The position numbers and the translations under genes are program-made. From sequence record DRR378314_1456: a stretch of 43,103 bases of DNA. The stretch is one strand, 5' to 3'. Under the pieces are notes generated by a model. That model ran no database searches. It saw only the letters and a list, made by a program, of their open reading frames with translations, and was not told the origin of the DNA. Shown here one piece after another: positions 27,093 to 36,634 of the stretch (position 1 is the stretch's first letter; each line of letters begins with the position of its first letter).

Positions 27093-27866
27093 ATGACCGA
27101 CACATCACCCACGGCCGCTGTTCTCTTGATTGGGGATGAACTGCTCTCAGGCCGCACACGCGACATTAATCTTCAACAGATCGCCGGATATCTCGCGCCT
27201 CTTGGAATTCCTGTCCGGGAAACCCGCATCGTCCCCGATGTTGAGGAAGAGATCGTCGAGGCAGTGAACGCCCTGCGCAACAAATACACCTACGTGTTCA
27301 CAACCGGCGGTATCGGGCCGACCCATGACGACATTACGGCAGATGCGATTGCCAAGGCTTTCAATGTCGAGATCTCGGAGCATCCGGAAGTAACCGCCAT
27401 GCTGGCCGAGCGCTACGCCCAGATGGGCACCGAGTACACACCGGCGCGCCGCCGCATGGCGCGCGTTCCGCATGGCGCATCCATTGTTGCCAATCCCGTC
27501 TCTGGTGCGCCGGGCTTCCAGACAGGTAATGTGTTCACGCTTGCGGGTGTGCCATCTGTTGCGCGTGCCATGCTGGAGGATATCGGCCCGCGCCTGAAAA
27601 CGGGGGCCGTAATCCACAAGGTCACGATCCGGGGCAGGGGGTTGCGCGAAGGCGACATCGCAGAACCGCTTGGCGCGATGGCGCAGGAGATGGGTGATGT
27701 CGCGCTAGGCTCCTACCCCTGGTTTCGGGGCATTGGGGATAATGGCGTTCATCTGGTTGCCAGCACCACGAATGAGGCGCTGATTCCCTTGATTACGGAA
27801 AAGCTTGAGGCAATCATCTCCGCAACCGGTGTTCAGCCGGAACGCGTGGAGGACGCGAACGCATGA
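27093..27866 (+). CDS. Competence/damage-inducible protein A-like (CinA N-terminal molybdopterin-binding domain)
   Basis: IGDELLSGRTRDIN, FTTGGIGPTHDDIT, RMARVP, NPVSGAPGF, LAGVP, GSYP. Confidence 0.9.
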   Translation: MTDTSPTAAVLLIGDELLSGRTRDINLQQIAGYLAPLGIPVRETRIVPDVEEEIVEAVNALRNKYTYVFTTGGIGPTHDDITADAIAKAFNVEISEHPEVTAMLAERYAQMGTEYTPARRRMARVPHGASIVANPVSGAPGFQTGNVFTLAGVPSVARAMLEDIGPRLKTGAVIHKVTIRGRGLREGDIAEPLGAMAQEMGDVALGSYPWFRGIGDNGVHLVASTTNEALIPLITEKLEAIISATGVQPERVEDANA

Positions 27867-28348
27867 GTTTTCTGGCCCGTACTTCGAGTATCTGGATAAG
27901 CTTTGTTCTCATGCTGGTGATTGGTGTGGGCTTTGGTCTTTGCCGGCCGGTGGTGGGCGGTGCGTTCCTGGACATGACCTCTGACCCGGAAATGGCCCGG
28001 ACGATCATTGCCACGATGAATGATGCGCAGCGGACAGCTCATGCGTGGGTGACGGTGCTGCTCGATACGGCCTATCCGCTGGCCTATGGGGGATTTCTCG
28101 GCGGGTTGGCGCTTCGGTTCTTCGGGTCATTTGGCAAATATGCGGCTTTGCCTGCGGTGGGCGTTGTCGTCGTCGATCTGACAGAAAACCTGGTTCAGGT
28201 GTTGGCGTTGGCGAACTGGGTCGATGCGTTGGACGCTAAGGCCTGGCTGACACCCCTGAAATTCGGCCTGTTCTTTCTGGCGGCCGGGATTGCCGCACTT
28301 GCTCTGGTGATCGGCGTTATAAACCTGTTCCGGAAACGCGGCGCCTGA
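27863..28348 (+). CDS. Hypothetical membrane protein
   Basis: 4-TM ORF with LDTAYPLAY, DLTEN and LKF motifs; 4-bp overlap with the upstream gene. Confidence 0.78.
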   Translation: MSFLARTSSIWISFVLMLVIGVGFGLCRPVVGGAFLDMTSDPEMARTIIATMNDAQRTAHAWVTVLLDTAYPLAYGGFLGGLALRFFGSFGKYAALPAVGVVVVDLTENLVQVLALANWVDALDAKAWLTPLKFGLFFLAAGIAALALVIGVINLFRKRGA

Positions 28349-28433
28349 GGTTGCGCCCCGCCGCCGCTACGTCAGGCATGGTCCTCCGTCTCTGTCCTCG
28401 CTAAGAGAAGCGCAGAGGAAATTGGAGGATCCC

Positions 28434-29216
28434 ATGGCGGAAGACATCGTAAAGGTCGAGTTGGACGGCCCTGTGGCGCTCGTGACGCTGAACCGGCCAG
28501 ACGCACTCAATGCGCTGAACCGCGCCTTGCGCGCCGAGATCGTCAGCGTGTTTAATGAGCTGAAAGAAAACCAGGACGTTCGCGCGGTGGTGCTGACCGG
28601 GGCTGGGCGTGCCTTTACCGCCGGGATAGACCTGAAGGAAGCCGGGCAGACCGGGTTTGCCCTTGGCGCAGATGAAGACTCCAAATCCATCGACATGGCG
28701 CGCGCACTGGCCGACTATCCTTGGCCAATCATTGGCGCGATCAATGGCTTCGCGATCACGGGCGGGTTTGAGCTCGCCTTAATGTGTGATGTGTTGCTGG
28801 CGTCAGAGCACGCGAAATTCGCCGATACGCATGCGCGCGTGGGCATCGTGCCGGGATGGGGACTGTCGCAGAAGCTGTCCCGCCTGATTGGCATCAGCCG
28901 TGCCAAGGAATTGTCATTCACCGGTAATTTCCTTGATGCGCACACGGCGGAGCGCTGGGGTCTTGTCAATCGCGTCTACGAAGCAGACGAACTCGTGCCG
29001 GCGGCGATGAAGCTGGCGCACGATATGTGCGGTTCGCAGCCAGACCTGCTGAAACAGTACAAGGCGCTGATTGATGACGGCTATGGCATGAACTTCGCCG
29101 CCGCGCTGAAGGAAGAGGTCAAGCGTTCCATCGCCCATTCGGAATCCGTCACGGCAGACGCAGTGGAAGAGGCTCGCAAACAGGTTACCGCGCGCGGTCG
29201 CGACCAGCAGGGATAA
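28434..29216 (+). CDS. Enoyl-CoA hydratase/isomerase family protein
   Basis: TLNRPDALNAL, AFTAGIDLKE, AINGFAITGGFELAL, FADTHARVG; GGAGG RBS before ATG 28434. Confidence 0.92.
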   Translation: MAEDIVKVELDGPVALVTLNRPDALNALNRALRAEIVSVFNELKENQDVRAVVLTGAGRAFTAGIDLKEAGQTGFALGADEDSKSIDMARALADYPWPIIGAINGFAITGGFELALMCDVLLASEHAKFADTHARVGIVPGWGLSQKLSRLIGISRAKELSFTGNFLDAHTAERWGLVNRVYEADELVPAAMKLAHDMCGSQPDLLKQYKALIDDGYGMNFAAALKEEVKRSIAHSESVTADAVEEARKQVTARGRDQQG

Positions 29217-29221
29217 ATATC

Positions 29222-30433
29222 ATGAGAGATGTTGTAATCTGTGAACCAGTTCGCACGGCCGTTGGCGGTTTTGGAGGGGCATTCAAAACGGTTCACGCGC
29301 ACGAGATGGCGGCTCATATTGTCAGTGAGCTGATGGCGAGGACCAAGCTACCGGCTGAAGCCGTGGAGGACTGCATCTTTGCGCAATGCTACCCGACGAT
29401 GGAGGCTCCGGCCTTTGGGCGCATGATTGCGCTTGATGCCGGGCTGACGACATCCACCGGTGGCTATCAGATTGACCGTCGGTGTGGATCTGGCCTGCAG
29501 GCGGTCATCAATGCGGTCATGCAGGTGGCGACGGGCGCAAATGATGTGATCATCGCGGGCGGCGCAGAAAGTATGTCGAACGCGCCCTTCTTCTCGATCG
29601 ATATGCGCTGGAACATCAAGGGCGATGGCTTAATGCTGCATGATGGCCTGTCGCGCGGGCGCTATACGGCGGGCGGAAAGCATCATCCCGTGCCGGGCGG
29701 CATGATCGAGACGGCGGAAAACCTGCGCCGCGACTATCAGATCAGCCGCGAGGCACAGGACCAGTTCGCCTACAATTCCCACATGAAAGCGGCAGCGGCC
29801 CAGAAGGCCGGAAAGTTCTCAGAGGAAATCATTCCGTACACCGTGAAAGGTCGCAAGGCGGACACGGTGGTGGACAGTGACGAACATGTCCGTGCGGACT
29901 CCTCGCTGGAGAAGCTCTCCACATTGCGCGCGATCCGGGGCAGGGTGGATGATCAGTCTACGGTGACGGCAGGCAACGCATCGGGCCAGAATGATGGCGC
30001 GGCTGCGTGCATCGTTTGTACGCGAGAAGCCGCCGAGAAGTACGGTCTGAAACCGCTCGGGCGCCTCGTTTCATGGTCAGTGGCAGGTGTAGGCCCCGAA
30101 GTCATGGGCATCGGTCCTGTTCCGTCGACTCAGAAGGCGTTGAAGACGGCAGGTCTTGAACTGAAGGACATTGACGTTATCGAGCTGAACGAGGCCTTCG
30201 CGGCGCAGGTGCTGGCCTGTACCAAGGCGCTGGAATTCTCCGATGATGACATGGACCGGCTCAATGTGAACGGTTCGGGCATCTCGCTCGGCCATCCGGT
30301 TGGCGCGACGGGCGTACGCATTCTGACCACGATGCTGCGGGAAATGGAGCGCCGCGAGGCTCGATACGGCCTGGAGACCATGTGCATTGGAGGTGGGCAG
30401 GGGCTCGCCGCCGTGTTTGAACGGGTGGATTAG
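29222..30433 (+). CDS. Acetyl-CoA C-acetyltransferase (thiolase)
   Basis: DRRCGSGLQA, NASGQNDGAA, ELNEAFAAQ, GHPVGATG, MCIGGGQG. Confidence 0.94.
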   Translation: MRDVVICEPVRTAVGGFGGAFKTVHAHEMAAHIVSELMARTKLPAEAVEDCIFAQCYPTMEAPAFGRMIALDAGLTTSTGGYQIDRRCGSGLQAVINAVMQVATGANDVIIAGGAESMSNAPFFSIDMRWNIKGDGLMLHDGLSRGRYTAGGKHHPVPGGMIETAENLRRDYQISREAQDQFAYNSHMKAAAAQKAGKFSEEIIPYTVKGRKADTVVDSDEHVRADSSLEKLSTLRAIRGRVDDQSTVTAGNASGQNDGAAACIVCTREAAEKYGLKPLGRLVSWSVAGVGPEVMGIGPVPSTQKALKTAGLELKDIDVIELNEAFAAQVLACTKALEFSDDDMDRLNVNGSGISLGHPVGATGVRILTTMLREMERREARYGLETMCIGGGQGLAAVFERVD

Positions 30434-30909
30434 AACGCTTCTTCGATCGGTGATCTGGTTCTGAGCGCGATGGACACCGCGATGATGAAGAAGGCGAGGC
30501 TGACCACAAAGAGTGCCGCAGCGGACATATGGACCAACGCCATCGTTTGAGCGGTACTGTCCACTTCACGCGTTTCCATAATCATCTGTTGTCGAAGCAC
30601 ATGCGCGACAGTCCGCGTAGCCTGTTCCATGAGTGCTGCGCCAAGGTGCAGAAAGCCGAATACGCTGGCCGCTGTTGAGGGGCGGACTTGCAGAATGAGC
30701 ATATGCACGAGGCCATAGGCTACAAAAACCAATCCCGACAGGAGGCCTTGTGGCAAGGTCGAAGCGAGAGTGGCAGTTCTGGCGAAGTCGTCCATGTTGG
30801 GTGAGATGAGGAACGGCAAGACCGCGCCGGAAAGTGCAACGACGCCTGCAGATATGAACCAGGATGTGGGAAGGCTGTGTCTCAATTTTTCTGGCCCACC
30901 TTTCCGCAC
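30430..30909 (-). CDS. Hypothetical membrane protein (start uncertain)
   Basis: Hydrophobic 4-TM-like ORF filling the gap between the thiolase and the tRNA; no recognised family; GTG or TTG start ambiguous. Confidence 0.55.
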   Translation of the reverse strand: MRKGGPEKLRHSLPTSWFISAGVVALSGAVLPFLISPNMDDFARTATLASTLPQGLLSGLVFVAYGLVHMLILQVRPSTAASVFGFLHLGAALMEQATRTVAHVLRQQMIMETREVDSTAQTMALVHMSAAALFVVSLAFFIIAVSIALRTRSPIEEAF

Positions 30910-30968
30910 CTTTCAGACATGAATAGTAGCATCCACCGTAAAATGCCGTTATGTCCAGCATCGGCCAC

Positions 30969-31055
30969 GCGGGCGTGGCGAAATTGGTATACGCAAGGGA
31001 CTTAAAATCCCTCGGCCGCAAGGCCTTGCCGGTTCGAGCCCGGCCGCCCGCACCA
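30969..31055 (+). tRNA. tRNA-Leu (anticodon TAA)
   Basis: Acceptor GCGGGCG/CGCCCGC plus A-CCA, D-arm GGCGAAATTGGTATACGC, anticodon arm AGGGA-CTTAAAA-TCCCT, long variable arm, GGTTCGAG T-loop. Confidence 0.96.
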
Positions 31056-31347
31056 CAGTACTTGCTCCCTTCAATTGTTAGGCCGCGATAGCGCCGGTTT
31101 CTCCCGTTTCTGGTACACGATTTGCATGTTTCTCCCCTGAGAGGAGAATATCATGTACCCTGCCACACTGTCCTGCCGACGCCCGAATCTTCAGCTTTTA
31201 CGGCTGTCCGGCACCTGTCTGACGCCGCTGAAATCGGCCGGTTCATGCCAAAAGCGCATAGAGCCTATCTCGGGTTTCGGGGAACAAAAGGTCAATCCCA
31301 ATCATATCTAGAGGGCAACACGACGAGATTTCACAAGGAATTGCCCC

Positions 31348-31884
31348 ATGTTTCGCGCCTTTATCGCTTCCACCGCCCTTGGCCTGATGGCCTTGCCTGC
31401 CCTTGCTGGCCCTGAGGCCGAAGCCGTCATCGAGGGCGCTGCGCAGAGCATCGCCGACCCCGACAAGGGCCGGGAGACGCTCCGCCAGTCAATGGATTTG
31501 AATACAGTTGCGAACTTTACGCTCGGCAAGTACGCGCGCCGCGTCTCGGATGAGGATCGTGCCCGCTTTGCCGAAGCGTTCGAGACCTATTTGCTGGAGA
31601 GCTTTGAAGACCAGCGTGAGAAATTTGAAGACGCCAAGATCACCGTGATCGGTTCAAAAGACCGCTCGCCGACAGATTCTGTCGTGGAAACGCGCGTTGA
31701 GCGTTCCGGTGAAGAAGCTCAGACCGTGCGCTGGCGCGTTATTGAGAAGAATGGTGAATGGCGCGTGGTCGACGTTGAGGTGCTTGGCCTCTGGCTCGCC
31801 ATTGAGCAGCGTGCGCAGATTGCGGCGATCATGGACAAGCCCCGCGCAACCATCGATGACGCGATCAAGGCCCTCGATTCCTGA
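31348..31884 (+). CDS. MlaC/Ttg2D family phospholipid-binding periplasmic protein
   Basis: Signal peptide, DLNTVANFTLGKY, VRWRV...WRVVDVEVLGLWLAIEQR. Confidence 0.85.
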   Translation: MFRAFIASTALGLMALPALAGPEAEAVIEGAAQSIADPDKGRETLRQSMDLNTVANFTLGKYARRVSDEDRARFAEAFETYLLESFEDQREKFEDAKITVIGSKDRSPTDSVVETRVERSGEEAQTVRWRVIEKNGEWRVVDVEVLGLWLAIEQRAQIAAIMDKPRATIDDAIKALDS

Positions 31885-33699
31885 TCAGGCGGCTTCGTCC
31901 ACGGTTTCTTCTTCCAACTCGTCGGTACGATCCTGACGATCTGATGCGTCGCCAATCGTGAACAGGTCCGCCTCGCGGCTCAGCCAGTCGGCAAGTTCAT
32001 CATCCGGCACGCCCAGGATGCGCAGCATGTCCGCGACCATCTCTATGCCTTTCGGCTCACTGGCAACGAGGTGGGCGCGGACGTTGAGTTCCAGATAATT
32101 GTCCAGATCCTGTAGTGTCTCTACCGCGACAAGGCGGATGAGATCCGGGAACCTGCGTTGAATGCCGGGCGTCACTTCTTTCGAAACTTCAAATCGGGCT
32201 TTCCCGAGCACAACTGCGCGGGCATTGCTGCCACCAATAGCGTCCATCAGTTTCATGTTGGACGCGTCTCCGAACGAAACATTGTAGCCGTCCGCAACGG
32301 CGGACAGGAACCGGTCCGGGTCGCCATCTGTCGCGATATAAGGAATCTTGAAGTCCGCGAGCGCGTCTACGGCGAGGCGGCCCGCTGCTGTCATGCCAAT
32401 GACGATCACCGGGCGCTCCCCAGCGGGTTCGCTGGACGTTTCCATTGTAACCTGTTTGCGCCGGGCGAGTTCGCGAGACAGCTTGCCACCCAGAATGGCC
32501 CAGCTTGGGGCCAGTGCCAGCGACAGGGCAATGGCTGCGATGAGGCTGCCCATCAGGGCAGGGGGCATATTGGTGGTAACGGCCGAAATCGACAGGATAA
32601 CCAGCGTGAACTCCGAGCCCTGTGCCAGCAGTGTTCCGAGCTGGGTGGCGCCCGGAACGCTCCACCCATTGACGCGCGCCGCAATATAGCCGAGCGCCGA
32701 CTTCACGATCAGGATACCGAACGCGCCGACCACGACCAATGGCAGGTTTCTCAACAGGCCCGGCAGGTCAATCGACAAGCCGACGCTGATGAAGAAGAAG
32801 GACAGGAGCAGTCCCCGAAACGGCCCCATCTCGGTTTGAACCTGATGCCGGAATGGCGTGCCAGAGACTGCGAGACCAGCCAGGAATGCGCCAAGTGTCA
32901 AAGACAGACCGATGACCGCTGTCGCGCAGGCCGCCGCCAGAACCAGCAACAGCGTGAAGGCCGTAAAGGCTTCTTCATTGCGTGTTGCTGCCAGCGTACG
33001 GAACACCGGATTGAGCAGGTATCTGGAGAACAGCATGGCCGCTCCGAAGGCGATCAAGGCCTGAATCAAGGCAAGACCGAGCGATGCGAAGAGCGGTACG
33101 GCACCCCCATTCAGCACATAATCAGACACAAGTCCGGCAAGACCGGCTGCACCTGCTTCCCCCTCACCGAGGGATGTGGCGAAGATCATCAGGAAGATCG
33201 CGACAATATCCTGGAAAATCAGGACATGCGTGGCTGTTCGCCCGATAGGGCAGGAGTTCTGTTCCCGCTCTGTCAGAATGCGCGCGACGACGGCGGTGGA
33301 AGACAGGCCGAGGCTGAGGCCAACGGCGATGGCAATGGGCCATGAGATACCAAGCATGTAGAGCGCGCCGGAACTGATCAGGCCGGTCAGCAATAGATGC
33401 GCGGGAGCGAGCCCCAGAAGGTCGCCGCGGCTTTCCTTCAGTTCCCTGAGTGAGACGTGCATGCCGATATCGAACAACAGGAACACCACGCCAAGTTCGG
33501 CCAGAAGGTGAGTGCCGCCACTTTCATGGATAAGATCGAGCATGCCCGGCCCAATCAGGATGCCAGCAAGCAGGTATCCCACAATGGGGCTGAGATTGAG
33601 CGCGCGGGAAACGAGCGCTGCCGCTGCCCCGAAGCCCAGCAAGGTGATCGCGGGGACGAGAGCGCCGACGGCGTCTGCAGGACTCAATTCAGCGGCCAT
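31885..33699 (-). CDS. CPA2 cation:proton antiporter (KefB/KefC-like) with C-terminal KTN domain
   Basis: PIVGYLLAGILIGP, LAELGVVFLLFDIG, LSSTAVV, LIFQDI, LGAFLAG, PFRGLLL..FFISVG, QGSEF, FGDAS. Confidence 0.9.
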   Translation of the reverse strand: MAAELSPADAVGALVPAITLLGFGAAAALVSRALNLSPIVGYLLAGILIGPGMLDLIHESGGTHLLAELGVVFLLFDIGMHVSLRELKESRGDLLGLAPAHLLLTGLISSGALYMLGISWPIAIAVGLSLGLSSTAVVARILTEREQNSCPIGRTATHVLIFQDIVAIFLMIFATSLGEGEAGAAGLAGLVSDYVLNGGAVPLFASLGLALIQALIAFGAAMLFSRYLLNPVFRTLAATRNEEAFTAFTLLLVLAAACATAVIGLSLTLGAFLAGLAVSGTPFRHQVQTEMGPFRGLLLSFFFISVGLSIDLPGLLRNLPLVVVGAFGILIVKSALGYIAARVNGWSVPGATQLGTLLAQGSEFTLVILSISAVTTNMPPALMGSLIAAIALSLALAPSWAILGGKLSRELARRKQVTMETSSEPAGERPVIVIGMTAAGRLAVDALADFKIPYIATDGDPDRFLSAVADGYNVSFGDASNMKLMDAIGGSNARAVVLGKARFEVSKEVTPGIQRRFPDLIRLVAVETLQDLDNYLELNVRAHLVASEPKGIEMVADMLRILGVPDDELADWLSREADLFTIGDASDRQDRTDELEEETVDEAA

Positions 33700-33761
33700 T
33701 GGCAGGCTCTTCCAATATGTTGTGAACTTCGATGATACCCCCAACGTAAGGGAAGTCGCCC

Positions 33762-33802
33762 AAAAATAAAGGCCGCCAGTTCCCTGGGGAACCAGCGGCC
33801 TT
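33762..33802 (-). terminator. Rho-independent terminator downstream of the TorF porin gene
   Basis: Minus strand AAGGCCGCTGGTTCCC-CA-GGGAACTGGCGGCCTTTATTTTT. Confidence 0.8.
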
Positions 33803-33866
33803 CACCAGGCCCAGCACGAAGGAGGGCAAGTCTCGCGCAAGGCTTGAGAAGAAAGTTACTGAACCT

Positions 33867-34541
33867 CTAGAGGCTTTTCGCGAGGGTCAGGACCACGCGC
33901 TCGTCGGCGATGCCCGTGTCATCGATGTCAGTATCCCAGTAGCGCACATCAATATCGATGCCGACTGGCGTCGAGTAGGTGCCGCCCAGCGACCAGTTGG
34001 TGTAGTCGCCGCCACCATCGAAGGAGTAGTTACCCACCGAGACGTCCGCCGAGAAAACGTCTGTGAAGGCATATCCTGCGGAACCTTCGATGTAGATGTT
34101 CTCATTGTCCGGGTCCCAATAGACCGCGCCGCCGACTTCCACGCCACCTTCAAATGCATACCCCAATGCAGCTTGAAGTTCGACGAAGTCCAGGTCTTCA
34201 TCTTCCGAGTCCGGATAGGAGTAGTAGATGACGCCCAGATCCCAGGACACGCCATTGGAAAACTCGCTGGCCACGCCCGCATAGAAATCCAGTTCGACGT
34301 TGGTGTCGGAGCCGTCTTCGAAATCGACGTTCGACGCCCAGGTGCCCGCGTAAAAGATGCCGTTCGCGTAATCGAAGCCACCAGAGATGGCCATGTCCTC
34401 ATTGGACTGAGAGACGCCACGCCAGACATAATCCGTGCTGAGAGCGACGTTGCCGGACCATTCTCCCTCCGCCGCTGCTGTGCCAGCTACTGCCAACATT
34501 GCCGCAACGGCGACCCCTGCGCGTAAAAGCTGTTGTTTCAT
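33867..34541 (-). CDS. TorF family putative porin (TIGR02001-like)
   Basis: Signal peptide, SGNVALSTDYVWRGVSQS, AISGGFDY, FYAGTWASNVDF, ELDFYAG, C-terminal beta strand. Confidence 0.9.
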   Translation of the reverse strand: MKQQLLRAGVAVAAMLAVAGTAAAEGEWSGNVALSTDYVWRGVSQSNEDMAISGGFDYANGIFYAGTWASNVDFEDGSDTNVELDFYAGVASEFSNGVSWDLGVIYYSYPDSEDEDLDFVELQAALGYAFEGGVEVGGAVYWDPDNENIYIEGSAGYAFTDVFSADVSVGNYSFDGGGDYTNWSLGGTYSTPVGIDIDVRYWDTDIDDTGIADERVVLTLAKSL

Positions 34542-34716
34542 GTTATTTATTCCCCGTTCTTGAATCGCGCTGTGACCAGCGCCACAGACAGGATGACGCG
34601 CCTTGAACGGGGATCGGAAACAAAAATATGGAGGTTGCGGACCGGGAAACGGATCGCCAGCTTTTTAGGCACGCAGGCACGGGAATGCCTCAGAAACGTG
34701 CTGGTGCGCCTTCGGA

Positions 34717-35532
34717 TTAACGCGCCGTCAATGGCGCGTAACCGAGATGGGTTCCCGCATCCACAAGCAAGGTTTCCCCGGTGACGTGGCGTGAAGCATC
34801 GGACAGGAAAAACAGCGCAGAATCGGCAATATCGTCGGGTCCGCTGGCGGCATTCAGGGGTGTCGCTGCGGCAACAGAGGCCTCCATTCGCTGGTATTGT
34901 TCCTCATCCATCTTGTCCTTGAACCAACGAGTGCCGATGAAGCCGGGACAGATGGCATTAACCCGAATCTGCGGGGCGAGCGCGCGCGCCAGTGACAATG
35001 TCATCGTGTTCAGCGCCCCTTTTGTGGCCGCGTAGGCAACCGATGACCCGATGCCCGTGACGCCTGCAATGGAGGATGTGTTCAGCACTGTGGCGGCTCT
35101 GCCAGTCTGGCGATGGCTTTCAACAAGCAGTGGTTTGCAGGCTTGCATCATAAGGAATGGCCCGGCCACGTTGACCGCATAGAGGTGCAGGAAGTCATCC
35201 TTTGTCAGCGCATCAAGATCGGCATGGTCGCGCGCATGTTTTGTTGTACCGGCATTGTTGACGAGAATGTCGAGACGGCCCGCTTGCGTGGCTGCGTCGG
35301 CCAGCTTGCGACAGCCCTCCTCAGTTGAAACGTCTGCCTGGACCAGTCTCGACTGGGAGCCGAGTGCCTGACAGTCTGCTGCGGTCGCTTCACCATCTTC
35401 GACCGACCTGGCGCAATTGATGATGACGTCTGCGCCGCGTTCCGCCAGCTTCAGGGCGATGGATCGCCCAAGTCCAGTTGCCGAACCCGTGACAATGGCT
35501 TTGCGTCCTGCGAGGTCCTTTTGAGCTGTCAT
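34717..35532 (-). CDS. SDR family NAD(P)-dependent oxidoreductase
   Basis: TGSATGLG, LVNNAG, SSIAG, YAATK, RVNAICPG, TGETLLVDAG; AAGGGAG RBS before ATG 35532. Confidence 0.93.
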   Translation of the reverse strand: MTAQKDLAGRKAIVTGSATGLGRSIALKLAERGADVIINCARSVEDGEATAADCQALGSQSRLVQADVSTEEGCRKLADAATQAGRLDILVNNAGTTKHARDHADLDALTKDDFLHLYAVNVAGPFLMMQACKPLLVESHRQTGRAATVLNTSSIAGVTGIGSSVAYAATKGALNTMTLSLARALAPQIRVNAICPGFIGTRWFKDKMDEEQYQRMEASVAAATPLNAASGPDDIADSALFFLSDASRHVTGETLLVDAGTHLGYAPLTAR

Positions 35533-35677
35533 TGCGATATCTCCCTTGAGTTTGTCGTGTCTATCCACAGAAACTAAGGGCCCACCTATAATAGTGGCAA
35601 CAGGTTTCACGGATTTGGGCAAGAAAGCGGAAACCCATTCCCGCTAGGGGTTCAGACGGGAACGGAGTCGTCACATA

Positions 35678-36619
35678 ATGTCGCTTTCCGCGAGCCGGAT
35701 TATTCAGCGCTTTCAGGGGAACGCTCAGCGCGCCCGCGCTGATGCACGCCAGATCGCGATGGAGATGTGCTCCCGCGCCCCAAAGAACGACATCGAGGCT
35801 GCGTCACTCCTGGATTTCAATGCGCGTATGGTGGGGGCCGACCCGGATTGGGATTTGCGGTTTAGCCGTATCATGGCCGATTACGTGCTGACACGAAATG
35901 CGGCTGACGGGGCGCTGACACAGGCCAATCTGGACTGGTTATCCGGCCGGGCGATTCCGAGAGGCATATTCCAGCATCGAAATCTGCTGGGTCTGTGGAC
36001 GCGCCTGCTCGCCAAGGCGACGATCGTGCCGCCGGGCTTCGCATACACACTGTGCGAGAGCGTTTGTACGCATATGGTGAGGGAAGGCGGCGCGCGCGCA
36101 GATACGGTAAAATGGCTGCGCCAGGTTTTGGCGCTTCGCGCAAAAGAGGCTGAGCCCTGGGTTTCGCGCGAAGAAGCGATGCTGCTCATGCGCACCGCCG
36201 AGGAATTGTCCACTTGCGACAATGATGCGTCGTGGAGCGATCTCTATGCGCGCGCCTTCGGGAACTATCTTGTCGTTCAGGCACATCCCAACCCGGCAAA
36301 TGAACCCAATTCGCTAAGTCGGAAATTCTGGCTGAATCCAGAAGAGCCGCATCCCGGCAAATATGTCGGATGCATCGCAGCCGGTCTCGACAAGGGCCAA
36401 TGGTTTGCCCGAATGAGCAAGCGACCTGAAGCAGCGCGCAAGGCTCGTGAAGTGGCTGGGCAGGCTGCAGACAAGCTGGCGGCCAAATCCGAAAAATCAT
36501 CCCTGTGGAGCCGAATTTCGTCCGGCTCTCAATCAAGCAGCGCTGCAGAGGCACTGGTTGACTTCCTCAACCGGGAAGCGCCAGGCTTGATGGAAGGATT
36601 GGTTATCGCGGCCCGCTGA
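35678..36619 (+). CDS. Hypothetical helical protein
   Basis: 313-aa ORF with GGAG RBS; segment VSREEAMLL...NDASWSDLYARAFGNYL is reminiscent of alphaproteobacterial TerB-like hypothetical proteins. Confidence 0.65.
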   Translation: MSLSASRIIQRFQGNAQRARADARQIAMEMCSRAPKNDIEAASLLDFNARMVGADPDWDLRFSRIMADYVLTRNAADGALTQANLDWLSGRAIPRGIFQHRNLLGLWTRLLAKATIVPPGFAYTLCESVCTHMVREGGARADTVKWLRQVLALRAKEAEPWVSREEAMLLMRTAEELSTCDNDASWSDLYARAFGNYLVVQAHPNPANEPNSLSRKFWLNPEEPHPGKYVGCIAAGLDKGQWFARMSKRPEAARKAREVAGQAADKLAAKSEKSSLWSRISSGSQSSSAAEALVDFLNREAPGLMEGLVIAAR

Positions 36620-36634
36620 CGGGAGGCCATCGAC

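Noticed and set aside
31030-31350. tRNA-Leu(TAA) as an integration site for an island
   Set aside because: No integrase nearby and I found no duplicated tRNA 3' end by eye; downstream genes look like core genes.
34542-34716. Sigma-54/NtrC control of the TorF porin gene
   Set aside because: Plausible for the family, but I could not find a convincing TGGCAC-N5-TTGC motif on the minus strand.
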